Shown: piece after piece, positions 63,056 to 64,000 of the stretch | How the letters are laid out: each line of letters begins with the position of its first letter | Numbering within the stretch: position 1 is the stretch's first letter | Source of the DNA: Leucoraja ocellata | Taxonomy: Eukaryota | Direction of reading: 5' to 3' | Assembly (NCBI GenBank): GCA_036785375.1 | Contig: JAWMAR010000071.1 | Span: 8,742,001-8,806,000 of the forward strand | Length of the DNA: 64,000 bases | Made by a program: the position numbers and the translations under genes | Notes under the pieces: model-generated | Database searches by the model: none | What the model was told of the DNA's origin: nothing | What the model saw: only the letters and a program-made list of their open reading frames with translations

Positions 63056-64000
63056 AAAAAAGCAGGACCTCAAAGGCAGTAATCTCTGGATTACTTCAGT
63101 GCAGGATTTACACTGTAAATGGTAGACCCCTAGAGAATGAGTAGCAAAGAAAGTTTGCATATTTGCCTTCATTGGGAAAAGGGGGGGGAGGGGGGGGAGA
63201 GAGAGAGAGAGAGATATAAGTTGGGAGATCATGAAGCAGTTCTACAAGTCGTTGGTGAAACCACACTTTTGTTTACAAAATTAAGATCATTTATAGGTAC
63301 TAATGCCGATTAAATTGACATTCTAAGGAGATGTCAATCTAAAAGAAATATATATAGTATTGTCAAAACAGAACATCACTACTCTCATCCATGAAGCAGA
63401 AGGCGGACGAAGAGTCCCTGAACTGATGCAAAAAGCAGTTGCACAGTTGGCAACATTCGTCACCGTTGGTCCCGGATGTAAAGAGGAAATAAACCCATTT
63501 CCGCGCAGTGTGGGTCCAGTACCCGATAAAGATCACAACGCTTGATGGATGCAATGTATTCCCATTATCTTTCATGGGTTTGCCAAGTCTTGATACAGAC
63601 TCCCTTTTTGCGCAACATGTGCTTCTAACATAAGTGTGTGGGGTGGGGGGTGGGGGGTGGGGAGTGGGTAAAAGAAAAGTTGGGCCAGAGGAGGGAGTGG
63701 GGGGGGGGGGGGAAGGGGGGGAGAGTTGTACCATGGGATTGCGGGGGAGGGGAGTTGTACCATGGGACGGAATGATACCAGGGGAGTGGGGTTAACGGGC
63801 GAGTTGTACCCGGGGAGTGGGGGGGGGGGGGGAGAGAGTTGTACCAGGGGAGGGGGTTTGGGGGGGGGGGGTGGGGGGTCTTCCTCTTGCAAATGAAACA
63901 TAAACCAAAGGATTAGTTAGATCTCAAGCCGGGTGTTGAGCAGCCAGGTTGTTGTCTCTGTGTCACTGTCTGCCAGGCCCTGAGCTCCGTTTGGTGGGTG

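Noticed and set aside
63300-63900. Possible further WDR36 exon or transposase; gagagttgtacc repeats in G-rich tract
   Set aside because: No WDR36-like peptide found; resembles transposon subterminal repeats but cannot be assigned at the window edge

Overview
Eukaryotic vertebrate DNA, most likely from a cartilaginous fish such as a skate or ray (inferred from the repeat families). The minus strand carries the last 16 coding exons of WDR36/UTP21 (61534 to 3827). All have GT-AG junctions and join in one open frame. About 2.7 kb past the WDR36 stop codon lies the first coding exon of CAMK4 (1165-1041), in the same gene order as in mammals. The introns are a dense mobile-element mosaic: many CR1 LINEs, an L1-clade LINE with a 12-bp target-site duplication (TSD), L2-group LINEs, a Gypsy LTR relic with a tRNA-Leu primer binding site, a solo LTR, Penelope-like elements with minimal hammerhead ribozyme motifs, hAT and Tc1/mariner DNA transposons, and a non-autonomous Helitron family. 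Main findings: (1) a Helitron that captured a SAC3D1-like exon together with its splice donor; (2) dispersed Penelope hammerheads, including a 170-bp unit with a TSD and a fold-back copy; (3) a templated copy of the WDR36 3' end pasted into its own last intron with the poly(A) signal mutated; (4) a histone H1-like relic fused to a Tc1 end; (5) a ~0.8-kb-arm inverted duplication; (6) inverted young LINE copies bracketing six exons, a circRNA candidate. All homology calls come from reading and recall; no searches were run.
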